DNA of 64,000 nt from Flavobacteriales bacterium (GCA_016779995.1 JADHMO010000001.1:74638-138637); one strand, 5' to 3'. Shown: positions 36,933 through 47,310, numbered from the stretch's first letter. The notes: generated by a model from the letters alone, not told the origin. Made by a program: numbers and translations.

Positions 36933-38341
36933 GCTCTTTTAATTAATAGACACAATCCTAAGAATGTAATCCCTCCATTGACCATAAGTAATTCGAAACC
37001 AAAAGGAATATAAAGCTGTAAGATATAGGCTATTACAGGAGATAAAACTGCCACTATGGGTACTGCCCTATCTTTAATATTCCATTTCGTAAAAATACCA
37101 AAAGCAAACAGTCCCAACAAAGGACCATAGGTATAACCTGCTACCTTAAAGAGTGCCGATATAACACTGTCGTCATTGATGGCTTTAAAAATAAGAATAG
37201 CCAAGACCAAAACCACCGAAAAGCCCACATGCACCCATTTTCTAGTTTGTACTTGTTGTCGCTCTGCTTTCTGCTCTATATTCAGAAAATCTACACAGAA
37301 AGAAGTCGTTAGTGAGGTAAGTGCCGAATCGGCACTAGAATAGGCTGCCGCTATCAAACCCAAAATAAAGAAGATGCCTACACCCAAACCCAAATCGGCT
37401 TTTAAAGCCACTAGGGGAAACAAATCATCGCCTTTATTAATGTCCATACCTATTTGCTCGGCATAGAGGTATAACATAGCCCCTAGAGCTAGAAAAAAGA
37501 TATTGACTACAATAAGCACCACACTGAAGGAATACATATTCTTTTTGGCATCTGACAGACTTCTGCAAGAAAGGTTCTTTTGCATCATGTCTTGGTCTAA
37601 TCCTGTCATTACAATGGCTAAGAAAGCACCCGAAAGGAATTGCTTCAAAAAGTGTTGTTTGCCTTCCCAAAAGAATACCTGAGAATACTGACTCTCTCTG
37701 ATAGTATGACTCAATTCCACCAAACCTAAACCCATTTTATCCGAAATGAGCCATATACTCACACCCACTGCCAAAAGCATAAATAAGGTTTGTAAGGTAT
37801 CTGTCCAGATAATAGTTTTGATGCCACTTCTAAAAGTGTATATCCAAATGAGTATAATGGTGAGGGATACCGTTAGCCAAAAAGGAACATTCCAAGCGTC
37901 AAAAATGGCAATCTGCATTACATTGGCTACTAGGTATAATCGGAAAGACGCCCCTATTGTTCTTGATAGTAAGAAGAAAAAAGCACCCGTTTGGTGCGTG
38001 GACTCGCCAAACCTATCGCCCAAATAGGCATAAATAGACGTTAAATTCATGCGATAATAAATGGGCATTAAAACGTTAGCAATAACAACATATCCAGCCG
38101 TCATACCCAATATCATCTGCAAATAACTGAACTGACTATCTGCCACCCAACCGGGTACAGAAATGAAAGTTACTCCAGATAGTGTTGCTCCTATCATACC
38201 AAAGGAAACAATGTACCAAGGCGACTGTTTGTTGCCTAAGAAAAAGGCATCGTTGCTATCGCTTTTTCCAGTAAAATAGGAAATGAGAATAAGAACAAGA
38301 AAATAAATGGCAATAATGGACAGTATAAGAGTTGGCGACAT
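36929..38341 (-). CDS. sodium:solute symporter (SSS) family transporter
   Basis: About 13 TM segments, with an N-terminal ...FFLGNKQSPWYIV... pattern typical of the SSS family. Confidence 0.8.
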   Translation of the reverse strand: MSPTLILSIIAIYFLVLILISYFTGKSDSNDAFFLGNKQSPWYIVSFGMIGATLSGVTFISVPGWVADSQFSYLQMILGMTAGYVVIANVLMPIYYRMNLTSIYAYLGDRFGESTHQTGAFFFLLSRTIGASFRLYLVANVMQIAIFDAWNVPFWLTVSLTIILIWIYTFRSGIKTIIWTDTLQTLFMLLAVGVSIWLISDKMGLGLVELSHTIRESQYSQVFFWEGKQHFLKQFLSGAFLAIVMTGLDQDMMQKNLSCRSLSDAKKNMYSFSVVLIVVNIFFLALGAMLYLYAEQIGMDINKGDDLFPLVALKADLGLGVGIFFILGLIAAAYSSADSALTSLTTSFCVDFLNIEQKAERQQVQTRKWVHVGFSVVLVLAILIFKAINDDSVISALFKVAGYTYGPLLGLFAFGIFTKWNIKDRAVPIVAVLSPVIAYILQLYIPFGFELLMVNGGITFLGLCLLIKRA

Positions 38342-38345
38342 GGTG

Positions 38346-38960
38346 CTAAGCTAAAGAGTTTTCATAAGGTGTTCTATTGACTATGGAACGACCTAAAGTG
38401 ACTTCATCGGCATATTCGAGCTCATCACCTACCGAAATACCACGAGCAATAACACTCATTTTAACACCGTATTCTTTCAATCGTTTAAAGATGTAGAAGT
38501 TGGTAGTATCCCCTTCCATAGTCGTACTCAATGCCATTATGATTTCTTTGATATTTCCTTGAGCAACCTTAGCCACTAGACTTTCTATGTTAAGGTCTGC
38601 TGGACCTATACCGTCCATAGGAGAAATGATACCACCTAAGACGTGGTATTTGCCCTTAAACTGATGGGTATTTTCTATAGCAATAACATCTCTTATGTCT
38701 TCTACTACACAAAGTAATGAGGATTCTCTATTGGGGTTAGAACACAATTCACATATATCTATATCGGAAATGTTGTGACATTCTTGACAATAGTTAATCT
38801 TATCCCTCAAATCGATAAAGGCTTCGCCAAAGCTGCGCACTTCATCTTTATCCATTTTTAACAGATGCAAAGCCAAACGCATAGCCGATTTACGACCTAT
38901 ACCCGGTAATTTAGCAAACTGTTCAACGGCGTCTTGTATCAGTTTTGAGGAAAAGTTCAT
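38346..38960 (-). CDS. recR: recombination protein RecR
   Basis: [17 protein letters not shown] (HhH), [16 protein letters not shown] (zinc ribbon) and a Toprim domain. Start moved to ATG 38960; the 41 extra codons of the track ORF contain the promoter. Confidence 0.93.
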   Translation of the reverse strand: MNFSSKLIQDAVEQFAKLPGIGRKSAMRLALHLLKMDKDEVRSFGEAFIDLRDKINYCQECHNISDIDICELCSNPNRESSLLCVVEDIRDVIAIENTHQFKGKYHVLGGIISPMDGIGPADLNIESLVAKVAQGNIKEIIMALSTTMEGDTTNFYIFKRLKEYGVKMSVIARGISVGDELEYADEVTLGRSIVNRTPYENSLA

Positions 38961-38964
38961 ATCA

Positions 38965-38972
38965 CAAAAATA
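38965..38972 (-). promoter_or_regulatory. -7 box (TATTTTTG), 4 nt from recR ATG
   Basis: The reverse complement is TATTTTTG; the spacer tgat precedes the ATG at 38960. Confidence 0.5.
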
Positions 38973-39050
38973 AAAGAAACCATCTAAATAATAATGATAT
39001 TGATAGAGAGTTATTGACAAAGATAAACCTAAGCAATTCAACTTAAATTC

Positions 39051-39058
39051 TATCTTTG
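39051..39058 (+). promoter_or_regulatory. -7 box (TATCTTTG), 5 nt from glycosyltransferase ATG
   Basis: Exact TAnnTTTG. It overlaps the track's GTG start (39058); an ATG follows at 39064. Confidence 0.5.
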
Positions 39059-39063
39059 TGTCT

Positions 39064-39930
39064 ATGCAACTGTCGGTTATCATTGTTAATTATAATGTCA
39101 AAAATCTTCTGAGAGATTGTCTATTGAGTGTGCAGAAGGCAGCGCATAGCATAGATACCGAAATCATTGTGGTTGACAACGCCTCTAGCGACGGTTCTGT
39201 ACAAATGTTACAATCTGAATTTAAAGAGCTTAAACTCATTGCCAACACTCAAAACCTTGGTTTTTCAAAGGCCAACAACCAAGGTATAGCACAAGCACAA
39301 GGACAGTATATTTTACTGCTCAACCCTGACACGCTAGTCTATGAAAATACCTTTGAGGACTGTTTAAACTTCAGTACACAAACCAACAACTGCGGTGGTA
39401 TTGGTGTACAAATGCTAGATGCTAACAATCAATTTTTAAAAGAATCTAAGCGGGGCTTTCCAACGCCCTGGGCATCTTTATGCAGACTGAGTTTTCTAAA
39501 TAAACTATTTCCCAATTCTGCTCTATTCAACGGCTATTATTTAGGTCATTTGAGCAAAGATGAAAACCACCAAGTAGAAGTCTTAGCAGGTGCTTTTATT
39601 TGGCTTAAAAAAAGTATAATCGATGAAGTTGGTGGTTTAGACGAAGCCTATTTTATGTATGGCGAGGACATCGACTTTTCATACCGTATCCAACACGCTG
39701 GATATCGCAATTACTATCTAGGAACAGTACCTATCTTACATTATAAAGGAGAAAGTACCGATAAATACAGTTTCAAATACATTGAACGTTTTTATGGTGC
39801 GATGAAGATTTTTTCAAAAAAGCATTACCCTAAAACATACCCCCTTTATCATTTGGGAATTCAGCTCGTAATGATTTTACATTCTACATACCAATTTTTT
39901 AGACGATTATTTGTTAAAAAAAAGCCATAG
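39064..39930 (+). CDS. family 2 glycosyltransferase
   Basis: LSVIIVNYN...[10 protein letters not shown]...LLLNPDT...[10 protein letters not shown] are typical GT2 motifs. Confidence 0.85.
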   Translation: MQLSVIIVNYNVKNLLRDCLLSVQKAAHSIDTEIIVVDNASSDGSVQMLQSEFKELKLIANTQNLGFSKANNQGIAQAQGQYILLLNPDTLVYENTFEDCLNFSTQTNNCGGIGVQMLDANNQFLKESKRGFPTPWASLCRLSFLNKLFPNSALFNGYYLGHLSKDENHQVEVLAGAFIWLKKSIIDEVGGLDEAYFMYGEDIDFSYRIQHAGYRNYYLGTVPILHYKGESTDKYSFKYIERFYGAMKIFSKKHYPKTYPLYHLGIQLVMILHSTYQFFRRLFVKKKP

Positions 39931-39981
39931 ACTAAGTAATATATTTTACTAATTTAGCCACACAAACTAACACACTTTTAG

Positions 39982-41307
39982 ATGGCTAAAATCGAGTTAA
40001 TAATGCCAAAAATGGGCGAAAGTGTAGCTGAGGCTACCATCATCAATTGGCATAAGGAAGTGGGCGACTCCGTAGAAATGGACGAAACCATAGTAGAGAT
40101 TGCAACAGATAAAGTAGATTCAGAAGTGCCATCTTCTCTAGAAGGCGTGTTAGTTGAAAAGCTTTTTGATGTAGATGCGGTAGTAAAAGTTGGCGAAGCA
40201 TTTGCCATTATAGAAACTTCTGCCGAAGATAGCCAATCGTCAAGCCCACAGCCTCAAAAAGAAGAGAAAGTAGCTACTCCCCAACCCCAAGTCGTTGCCG
40301 AAAAAATTGAAGAAGAAATAGCCCAAGTCAAAGAAAGTGTTCAAAAAATAGAAAATAACGGCGAACGCTTTTATTCTCCCCTAGTTCGTTCTATTGCTAC
40401 TGAAGAAGGGTTAAGCATAGAAGAATTGGATAACATACCAGGAAGTGGTAAAGACAGTAGAGTAACTAAAACCGACTTACTCAATTACCTAAACAATAAA
40501 ACACAAGCTACAACAAGCCCTAAACCTTCAGCCAGTCCTACACCAGCACCAGCACCAAAAACAGTTAGTAGCCCTCCTCCAACTGTAAGCATGAGCGGTG
40601 ATAAAGAGATTATTGAAATGGACAGAATGAGAAAACTCATTGCCGACCACATGGTGATGTCCAAACAAACTTCTCCTCACGTGACATCTTTTGTAGAAGC
40701 CGATGTAACGACACTAGTAAATTGGAGAAACAAAATAAAAGGCGACTTTAAAAAACGAGAAGGTCAGAACATTACCTTTACACCTATCTTTATTGAGGCA
40801 GTAGCCAAAGCCATCAAAGATTTCCCTATGATTAACGTATCGGTAGATGGTACTAATATTGTTATTCATAAAGACATTAATATAGGAATGGCAGCCGCAC
40901 TACCATCGGGCAACCTTATTGTTCCTGTAGTAAAAGGTGCAGACCAAATGAATTTGATGGGTATTACTAAAACTGTAAACGATTTGGCCAACAGAGCACG
41001 TAACAATCAGCTTAAACCAGACGAAATACAAGGCGGCACCTTTACACTCACTAATGTAGGTTCTTTCGGTAATGTTATGGGAACACCGATTATCAATCAG
41101 CCTCAAGTAGCTATTATGGCAGTTGGTGCTATCAAGAAAAAACCTGCCGTTATAGAAACACCCCATGGCGACTTAATAGGTATTAGACACATGATGTTCT
41201 TGTCCCTATCTTACGACCACCGAGTAGTTGATGGTGCTTTAGGAGGTAGTTTCTTACGCAAAGTAGCCGATTACCTCGAGCAATTTGACGATAACACAAG
41301 TATATAA
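39982..41307 (+). CDS. 2-oxoacid dehydrogenase E2 (dihydrolipoamide acyltransferase) component
   Basis: A lipoyl domain (...EIATDKVDSEVPS...), a Pro/Ala-rich linker, an E3-binding domain (SPLVRSIA...) and a catalytic domain with LSYDHRVVDGA. Confidence 0.9.
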   Translation: MAKIELIMPKMGESVAEATIINWHKEVGDSVEMDETIVEIATDKVDSEVPSSLEGVLVEKLFDVDAVVKVGEAFAIIETSAEDSQSSSPQPQKEEKVATPQPQVVAEKIEEEIAQVKESVQKIENNGERFYSPLVRSIATEEGLSIEELDNIPGSGKDSRVTKTDLLNYLNNKTQATTSPKPSASPTPAPAPKTVSSPPPTVSMSGDKEIIEMDRMRKLIADHMVMSKQTSPHVTSFVEADVTTLVNWRNKIKGDFKKREGQNITFTPIFIEAVAKAIKDFPMINVSVDGTNIVIHKDINIGMAAALPSGNLIVPVVKGADQMNLMGITKTVNDLANRARNNQLKPDEIQGGTFTLTNVGSFGNVMGTPIINQPQVAIMAVGAIKKKPAVIETPHGDLIGIRHMMFLSLSYDHRVVDGALGGSFLRKVADYLEQFDDNTSI

Positions 41308-41312
41308 ATTAT

Positions 41313-42077
41313 ATGGAATTATCACTAAAAAAGCCTATTGTATTTTTTGATTTGGAAACAACAGGCGTCTCAGTAGCTAAAGACAGAATTGTAGAAATAT
41401 CTGTATTCAAAGTATATCCTAACGGCAACAAAGAAAGTAAAACTTGGCTAGTGAACCCTACTATACCTATACCAGCAGAAACCACTGCAGTACATGGTAT
41501 AGACGATGCTAAAGTGGCTAATGAACCCACTTTTAAAGAATTGGCACACGACATTAAAAATATGATGGAAGGCTGCGATTTAGCAGGATACAATTCTAAC
41601 CGTTTTGATATACCACTACTAGCAGAAGAATTTTTGAGAGCAGATGTAGATTTTGATATGAAAAAACGTAAAGCGGTAGACGTGCAAAATATTTTCCATA
41701 AAATGGAACAACGTACCCTATCGGCAGCCTATAAATTCTATTGTGCTAAAGACTTAGAAAATGCCCACAGTGCAGAAGCCGATACACAAGCTACTTATGA
41801 AATTTTGACCGCTCAACTGGAAAAATACCAAGAATTAGAAAACGATATTGACTTCTTGTCCGAATTTTCACAAAGAGGTAAGCCTTTTGCCGATATGGCT
41901 GGTTTCATCGTCTATAATGAGGACAACGAAGAATGTTTTTCCTTTGGTAAACACAAAGGACAAACCGTTGCCAGTGTTTTACAAACTAACCCGGGCTATT
42001 TTTCTTGGATACAACAAGCCGACTTCCCCCTTTATACCAAGAAAGTTTTAACACAAATCAAGCTGAGGGATTTCTAA
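41313..42077 (+). CDS. DnaQ-like 3'-5' exonuclease with C-terminal extension
   Basis: FFDLETTG (ExoI), GYNSNRFDIPLL (ExoII) and HSAEADT (ExoIII), plus a ~70-aa C-terminal domain. Confidence 0.85.
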   Translation: MELSLKKPIVFFDLETTGVSVAKDRIVEISVFKVYPNGNKESKTWLVNPTIPIPAETTAVHGIDDAKVANEPTFKELAHDIKNMMEGCDLAGYNSNRFDIPLLAEEFLRADVDFDMKKRKAVDVQNIFHKMEQRTLSAAYKFYCAKDLENAHSAEADTQATYEILTAQLEKYQELENDIDFLSEFSQRGKPFADMAGFIVYNEDNEECFSFGKHKGQTVASVLQTNPGYFSWIQQADFPLYTKKVLTQIKLRDF

Positions 42078-42078
42078 G

Positions 42079-42444
42079 ATGGAAGGTTCACCTATTTTTT
42101 TACACCTTTTAATTGGACCGTTAATGTTAGTGATAAGCCTAATATTCTTCTATTTTCCACCTAAGAAAATCAATCATGTTTATGGACATAGAACTACTTT
42201 ATCTATGAAAAACCAAGATACTTGGAACGAAGCTAATAAAAGAAGTACACATATGATGCTTTTAGTTTCTGCTTTAACTTGTATCTTACAACTCATTGGA
42301 ATAGTATTCAATATCGATGTAGATACAACAATACTTTACGCTACTATATTTCTAGTCGCCGGTTTAGTTATTGGAGTATTAGTGATAGAAAAACAATTGA
42401 AAACCATTTTTGATAAAGACGGCAATAGAAAAATGCAGCTATGA
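42079..42444 (+). CDS. SdpI-family small membrane protein
   Basis: Four TM segments with ...KINHVYGHRTTLSMKNQDTWNEANK..., an SdpI-type loop motif. Confidence 0.5.
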   Translation: MEGSPIFLHLLIGPLMLVISLIFFYFPPKKINHVYGHRTTLSMKNQDTWNEANKRSTHMMLLVSALTCILQLIGIVFNIDVDTTILYATIFLVAGLVIGVLVIEKQLKTIFDKDGNRKMQL

Positions 42445-43052
42445 AAATCATTTGTATAGGTAGAAATTATGTCAATCACGCCAAAGAATTAGGTAATGCT
42501 ATTCCTAGTGAACCCGTATTTTTTCTAAAACCCGATACCGCTATTTCACCCAAAGGTCACCCCTTTTTCATACCAGATTTTACTAGCAATGTGCATTATG
42601 AAGTAGAATTGGTCATTAAAATCAATCGACTAGGCAAACACATCGAAGAAGGCTTTGCTCATAAATATTATCAAGATATTGGACTAGGAATAGATTTTAC
42701 TGCTAGAGATGTTCAAGAAGAAGTTAAAGCCAAAGGTTTACCTTGGGAAAAAGCCAAAGGTTTTGACGGTTCGGCAGTAATCAGCCGTAACTTTATTCCT
42801 AAAGAAGAATTAGACCTTAACAACATTGATTTTACACTAGAAAAGAACGGTAATACAGTACAAGTAGGTAATTCTAAAGATATGCTCTTTAATTTCGACA
42901 AAATCATAGCCTACATCTCACAATTTTACACCCTCAAAATTGGCGATCTCATTTATACAGGCACTCCTGCTGGTGTTGGACAAGTGAATAATGGCGATAT
43001 CTTGAAAGGCTTTATTGGTAGGCAAAAGATGTTTGAAATCAAAGTGAGGTAA
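42441..43052 (+). CDS. fumarylacetoacetate hydrolase (FAH) family protein
   Basis: MKIICIGRNYVNHAKE...EVELVIKI...DFTARD...GDLIYTGTPAGVG. Confidence 0.88.
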   Translation: MKIICIGRNYVNHAKELGNAIPSEPVFFLKPDTAISPKGHPFFIPDFTSNVHYEVELVIKINRLGKHIEEGFAHKYYQDIGLGIDFTARDVQEEVKAKGLPWEKAKGFDGSAVISRNFIPKEELDLNNIDFTLEKNGNTVQVGNSKDMLFNFDKIIAYISQFYTLKIGDLIYTGTPAGVGQVNNGDILKGFIGRQKMFEIKVR

Positions 43053-43057
43053 AAATC

Positions 43058-44665
43058 CTAATCCACTATATTCAGTCGCTCTACAACTACCTTATCCCCT
43101 ATGGTAGCCTCAAGGATATAAATTCCTGATGGTAAAGCTGGAATTTCTATTGGAATCAAAGCGTAGGACCAATCGTTTTTCCCTTGTAAAATCTCTTGAC
43201 CTCGTACATCTACTAAACGGTAGGAGATATTTGTATGATTGGCAGTATAAAGGTATGCCTTAGCATTTGAAGACACTGGATTAGGATAAATGTCTAAAGT
43301 CACTTCATCAATAGCTTCAATATCTAGTAACAAGGCGTTAGCTAAGGAATAATTGGGAATACCAAAGCCCATTTGATTGTCAGGTGTTTGGTACAAGTGG
43401 GCACTCTGTGTTATAGCCTCTATAATTTGCATATTACTTTTTTGGTAGTGGGCTTGCCACAAACAAGCCGTCATACCCGCAATAATGGGCGAGGAAAAAG
43501 AAGTCCCATTACTAGTAGCAATAGCATTACTAGAAGTAATTACAGTAGTATTACCCCCTTGTGCTGAAACTGTAGGTTTGACTCTACCATCTGAGGAAGG
43601 ACCATAAGAAGAAAATGAGGAGGATAAACCATCGGCATTGACAGAACCTACACTCAAAATGCTATCGGCATCAGCTGGAGCACCAATATAATACCACGAA
43701 TTATTACCCGAATTACCCGCCGAATTACATACTATCATACCCTTACGACTTGCCATAGTAGCTGCTCTGCTTATGACGGTTGTCTTTCCGTCCATATCGG
43801 CGTAGCTATGATCTTGAGATGCAATATCAAAAGTGGTATATCCTAGAGAAGAATTGATAATATCCACCCCTGCACTATCGGCAAACTCGGCAGCTACTGC
43901 CCAATTGTATTCCTCAATAAGTGTCTCCGAAGATGCATCTTCGGTACGCAACAGCCAATAACTAGCTTTTGGTGCTGTCCCTAAAAATTCATTTTCCAAA
44001 TATCCAGCAATAGTAGATAGTACTGACATGCCGTGATAGTTATCTTCATAAACCGAAGATTCGCCATCGACATAATCCCAAGTGCCTAATACCTGATTAT
44101 TGGCAAATAGATGGGTGAATGCATCTATCTCATCAGTTTTTCTAAAACCAGCGTCTAATACAGCAATGTGTATTCCTTGACCTTGATAGCCTTGTTCGTG
44201 CAGATTATCCCCTGACAACATTTCTATCTGATTTTTGGATTGTCCATAATCGTTTTCAAAAACGATATCATCAAATTTTGAGGCTTTTCTGACATCTGAT
44301 AAATCTATAAATAATTGCAAAGAATCTACTTCTTTAATAAAATCTAAAGTCAATAAAGTATCTACATTAGCACCAGAGTATGAGGCTGTTACACCGTTAA
44401 ACCACTTGCTTTTGTTGAGGATTGTAAATCCCAAATCTTGTAAGGTCAAAAGGTAGTCCGTAGGTATGGGCAAATCCGAATAGTGCAAAGGGATATTTTG
44501 TTTTGCTCTACGCTCAATAGCTCGAGGCGATAACAATTCTGAAGGGGTAAAATCACTGACCGTATAACTGCCTTTATCTTCAAAAGCAATCCACAATTTT
44601 AAAGATATACTATCTTGTGAAAAACTGAATAAAGGAAGAAATATAAGTAGCGTTAATAGTCTCAT
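43058..44665 (-). CDS. S8 (subtilisin-like) serine peptidase with T9SS type-A C-terminal domain
   Basis: Catalytic triad motifs AVLDAGF, HGMSVLS and GTSFSSPIIAG. C-terminal LDIYPNPVSS...GIYILEA... is a type-A CTD. Confidence 0.9.
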   Translation of the reverse strand: MRLLTLLIFLPLFSFSQDSISLKLWIAFEDKGSYTVSDFTPSELLSPRAIERRAKQNIPLHYSDLPIPTDYLLTLQDLGFTILNKSKWFNGVTASYSGANVDTLLTLDFIKEVDSLQLFIDLSDVRKASKFDDIVFENDYGQSKNQIEMLSGDNLHEQGYQGQGIHIAVLDAGFRKTDEIDAFTHLFANNQVLGTWDYVDGESSVYEDNYHGMSVLSTIAGYLENEFLGTAPKASYWLLRTEDASSETLIEEYNWAVAAEFADSAGVDIINSSLGYTTFDIASQDHSYADMDGKTTVISRAATMASRKGMIVCNSAGNSGNNSWYYIGAPADADSILSVGSVNADGLSSSFSSYGPSSDGRVKPTVSAQGGNTTVITSSNAIATSNGTSFSSPIIAGMTACLWQAHYQKSNMQIIEAITQSAHLYQTPDNQMGFGIPNYSLANALLLDIEAIDEVTLDIYPNPVSSNAKAYLYTANHTNISYRLVDVRGQEILQGKNDWSYALIPIEIPALPSGIYILEATIGDKVVVERLNIVD

Positions 44666-45753
44666 TGTTTAGCAATAAAGCCGCCTCCTAATACATCATT
44701 ACCTTCGTAAAAAACGGCAGACTGACCAGGAGCAATTCCTTCTACCTTTTTATGAAACAAGACTTTTATTTCGTTATCTATATTATTTAAGGTCGATTGT
44801 TCCCCTTGATGCTTGTAGCGTACTTTGGTTAAACTTTCAAAATTATCTGGTATACTATCGTACTTGATGTAATTCAAACCCTTAACAACCATTTCTTGTT
44901 TATTGAGGTCTTCTTTAGTACCCACTACCACCTCGTTGGTTTCTGGCTTAATCTCAATAACATAAGAGGCATCTAAACCGAAGGAAACCCCCAATTTACG
45001 CTGACCAATGGTATAAAAAGGATAACCGTCATGAGTGCCTATGACTTCCCCTTTGGTATTGATGAAGTTACCCCCTTTGACTTGCTCTTCCAATCCTTCG
45101 ACTTTACGCTTTAAAAAGCCTCTGTAATCGTTGTCTGGTATAAAGCATATTTCGTAACTCTCAGGCTTTTTGGCTAATTCCTCATAACCCCTATCAATAG
45201 CCATTTGCTTGATATCGTCTTTGTGGTATTGTCCCATAGGGAAAATGGTTCTACTCAAACACTCTTGAGAAAGCCCCCATAACACATAAGATTGGTCTTT
45301 CCATTCGTCTATGCCTTTGGATACTACATAACGCCCATTTTCTTCTCTGACTTGGGCATAATGACCTGTGGCGATGTACTCACAACCCAATTGATCGGCA
45401 CGTTTTAATAAGGCTTCCCACTTAATGTGTGTATTGCACAAAACACAAGGGTTAGGCGTTCTTCCAGCAATGTATTCGTCCACAAAGTTATCAATGATGT
45501 AATCGCCAAACTCATCACGTATATCGAGTATGATATGAGGAAAACCGCAATCTACTGCCAACTGACGGGCATCGTTAATGGAATCCAAACTGCAACAGCC
45601 CGTTTCTTTGTTAGAGCCTCCAGAATTGGCATAATCCCAAGTCTTCATAGTAATACCTACCACCTCATAGCCTTGCTCGTGCAACAACAAAGCCGTAACG
45701 GTGCTATCAATACCACCACTCATCGCTACTAATACTTTTCCTTTCTTATCCAT
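44662..45753 (-). CDS. mnmA: tRNA 2-thiouridine(34) synthase
   Basis: VLVAMSGGIDSTV (PP-loop), ...NPCVLCN..., ...DQSYVLW.... Confidence 0.95.
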   Translation of the reverse strand: MDKKGKVLVAMSGGIDSTVTALLLHEQGYEVVGITMKTWDYANSGGSNKETGCCSLDSINDARQLAVDCGFPHIILDIRDEFGDYIIDNFVDEYIAGRTPNPCVLCNTHIKWEALLKRADQLGCEYIATGHYAQVREENGRYVVSKGIDEWKDQSYVLWGLSQECLSRTIFPMGQYHKDDIKQMAIDRGYEELAKKPESYEICFIPDNDYRGFLKRKVEGLEEQVKGGNFINTKGEVIGTHDGYPFYTIGQRKLGVSFGLDASYVIEIKPETNEVVVGTKEDLNKQEMVVKGLNYIKYDSIPDNFESLTKVRYKHQGEQSTLNNIDNEIKVLFHKKVEGIAPGQSAVFYEGNDVLGGGFIAKQ

Positions 45754-46420
45754 CTTGTCTACCTTGTGATATGCCGTTGATGTATTCTATCTGATAGTCA
45801 AAAGATTTATCGTCTTTGTAATACTTCCAAATGCCGTCTTTGATGTCGTTTAAGTATTTACCACTGTATTTTTTGACACCTGCCGAATTGTAAAGGGTGT
45901 AACTGCCCTCCAATTTGTCAGCTTTATAGTTTGCACTTAACTTTAATTGTCCGTTTCTATAGTATTGCAAACTCTTGCCATCTTTTTTATCTGCTACATA
46001 GGTACTCTTTTCTAATACATTTCCATCAGGATAGTATAAGATAGTCTGACCTTCCAACTTACCATTTTTATAATTTTCCTCTCTTATGAGCTTTTCTCTA
46101 TTGTCATAGTACTTCCACAATTGTTCTTTCAGCTCATTTTGGTAAAGTCCTACCGCTTGTACTTTACCATTGGCATGATACAAACGTGCCGAAGCCGATT
46201 CACCTTCATTAAAATATTCCAAATTGGCCTTGAGAACACCTCGTTCTGTATAGTACAAAAATATACCTGAAGGATTATCATCTACAAAGCTACCTTCATA
46301 GCGCAATTGTCCGTTGTCGTGATTTTGTGACCACTTGCCCTGCTTTCTACCCTGCTCATCGGTCACATTTTGCGCCAATGCTACTGCAGAAATAAACAAA
46401 CACATTATAATTTTATACAT
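45746..46420 (-). CDS. MORN-variant repeat protein (family usually annotated YwqK-like)
   Basis: Signal peptide plus about 7 repeats of the pattern G.W..Y..nG.l..eg.y..... Confidence 0.7.
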   Translation of the reverse strand: MYKIIMCLFISAVALAQNVTDEQGRKQGKWSQNHDNGQLRYEGSFVDDNPSGIFLYYTERGVLKANLEYFNEGESASARLYHANGKVQAVGLYQNELKEQLWKYYDNREKLIREENYKNGKLEGQTILYYPDGNVLEKSTYVADKKDGKSLQYYRNGQLKLSANYKADKLEGSYTLYNSAGVKKYSGKYLNDIKDGIWKYYKDDKSFDYQIEYINGISQGRQDG

Positions 46421-46424
46421 AGTG

Positions 46425-46432
46425 CAAAACTA
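46425..46432 (-). promoter_or_regulatory. -7 box (TAGTTTTG), 4 nt from ATG of the MORN-mnmA-S8 operon
   Basis: The reverse complement is TAGTTTTG; the spacer cact precedes the ATG at 46420. Confidence 0.5.
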
Positions 46433-46539
46433 CTAAGAATATGGGTATTCTAAAACAACTTCTTAAAGATGATAAAATTGTATGAAAAGAGAAAAGAGTT
46501 AGATGGTAAACTGTTAGTTCTAGTTTAGACTAAGTAAGT

Positions 46540-46572
46540 AATATATTATAGCACGAGCAAGATGCTCGCGCT
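46540..46572 (-). terminator. possible terminator hairpin (GC-rich stem in AT-rich spacer)
   Basis: The minus strand reads AGCGCGAGC-aucuu-GCUCGUGCU, a 9-bp stem with one G-U pair, 18 nt after the stop at 46590. The trailing sequence is AU-rich rather than a clean U-tract. Confidence 0.4.
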
Positions 46573-46589
46573 AGCGGGGCTTTTTTCTT

Positions 46590-47123
46590 TTACCAACTTA
46601 GTCTTTTTACAATTATCGTTTCATTGTCCGTCAAGAAACCGACGTAATAGTACACTCCGCCACCTTCTTCCATTGTGAACTCCTTTTTAATTTCCAAGTT
46701 GTCTGTGTACTCTAATGCTTTATCATATTCTGTTGTATAGGTTTTTTGTCCATTTTCTTTAAATCCTTTTTCGGTTAAAGTCTTAGTTAAATTCTTGTAA
46801 AAGTCATTCCCGACATTAATAATCGAAATTGAAGTATAGTCTCCAAATTGGTCGGGATAGGTAGCAGACTTGTACTTAAATTCAACATGCTTTGGTAATT
46901 CAATTCCTGTTACTTCGGTAAAGTCTATTCGATAAAAGTCTTCGCTTGGATAAAGTGCTGAATAAATCAAGTATGACATTAATAGTGTTGGTATCAGAGC
47001 AATCAGTCTTAGTCGCTTGTCGTAATTCCTCTTGGTTATGAAACGATAAATTAAATAGGAAAGTCCAATCGGGATTCCGATTATCAGTAGAAAGGCTAAT
47101 ATGATAAAAAGAAGAAGAAACAT
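46590..47123 (-). CDS. hypothetical membrane-anchored protein (177 aa)
   Basis: Two N-terminal TM segments and a soluble C-terminal domain. No recognisable motif. Confidence 0.5.
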   Translation of the reverse strand: MFLLLFIILAFLLIIGIPIGLSYLIYRFITKRNYDKRLRLIALIPTLLMSYLIYSALYPSEDFYRIDFTEVTGIELPKHVEFKYKSATYPDQFGDYTSISIINVGNDFYKNLTKTLTEKGFKENGQKTYTTEYDKALEYTDNLEIKKEFTMEEGGGVYYYVGFLTDNETIIVKRLSW

Positions 47124-47263
47124 TAATTCTTAGTCAACGGTGTTTTTGTTTTGCATGAACACTGGGATTCACGCATGGCGTAAATCCAATCTTTAAGTGG
47201 TGTTATTTATTAGTCTTTTTTTAATCACTTCTGCTCTCTTTTTCAGTACGCACCACAAGGAAA

Positions 47264-47310
47264 CGCATAAAAAAAATCCCCAAGAACAGAAATTGTCAAG
47301 GGGATTTTTA
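47264..47310 (-). terminator. terminator-like hairpin downstream of tRNA-Arg
   Basis: The minus strand reads AAAAAUCCCC-(18-nt loop)-GGGGAUUUUU followed by a U-run. Confidence 0.5.

Noticed and set aside
38961-39083. N-terminal extensions of track ORFs: recR to 39083, marR to 761, dnaN to 8100, mtaB to 32269, type-B copy 2 to 18760, gldF to 4580, gcvT to 12951 and the giant ORF to 52565.
   Set aside because: The extensions use TTG/GTG or upstream ATG codons and add non-conserved residues. In several cases they run through the gene's own TAnnTTTG box. The internal ATGs reproduce the canonical family N-termini.
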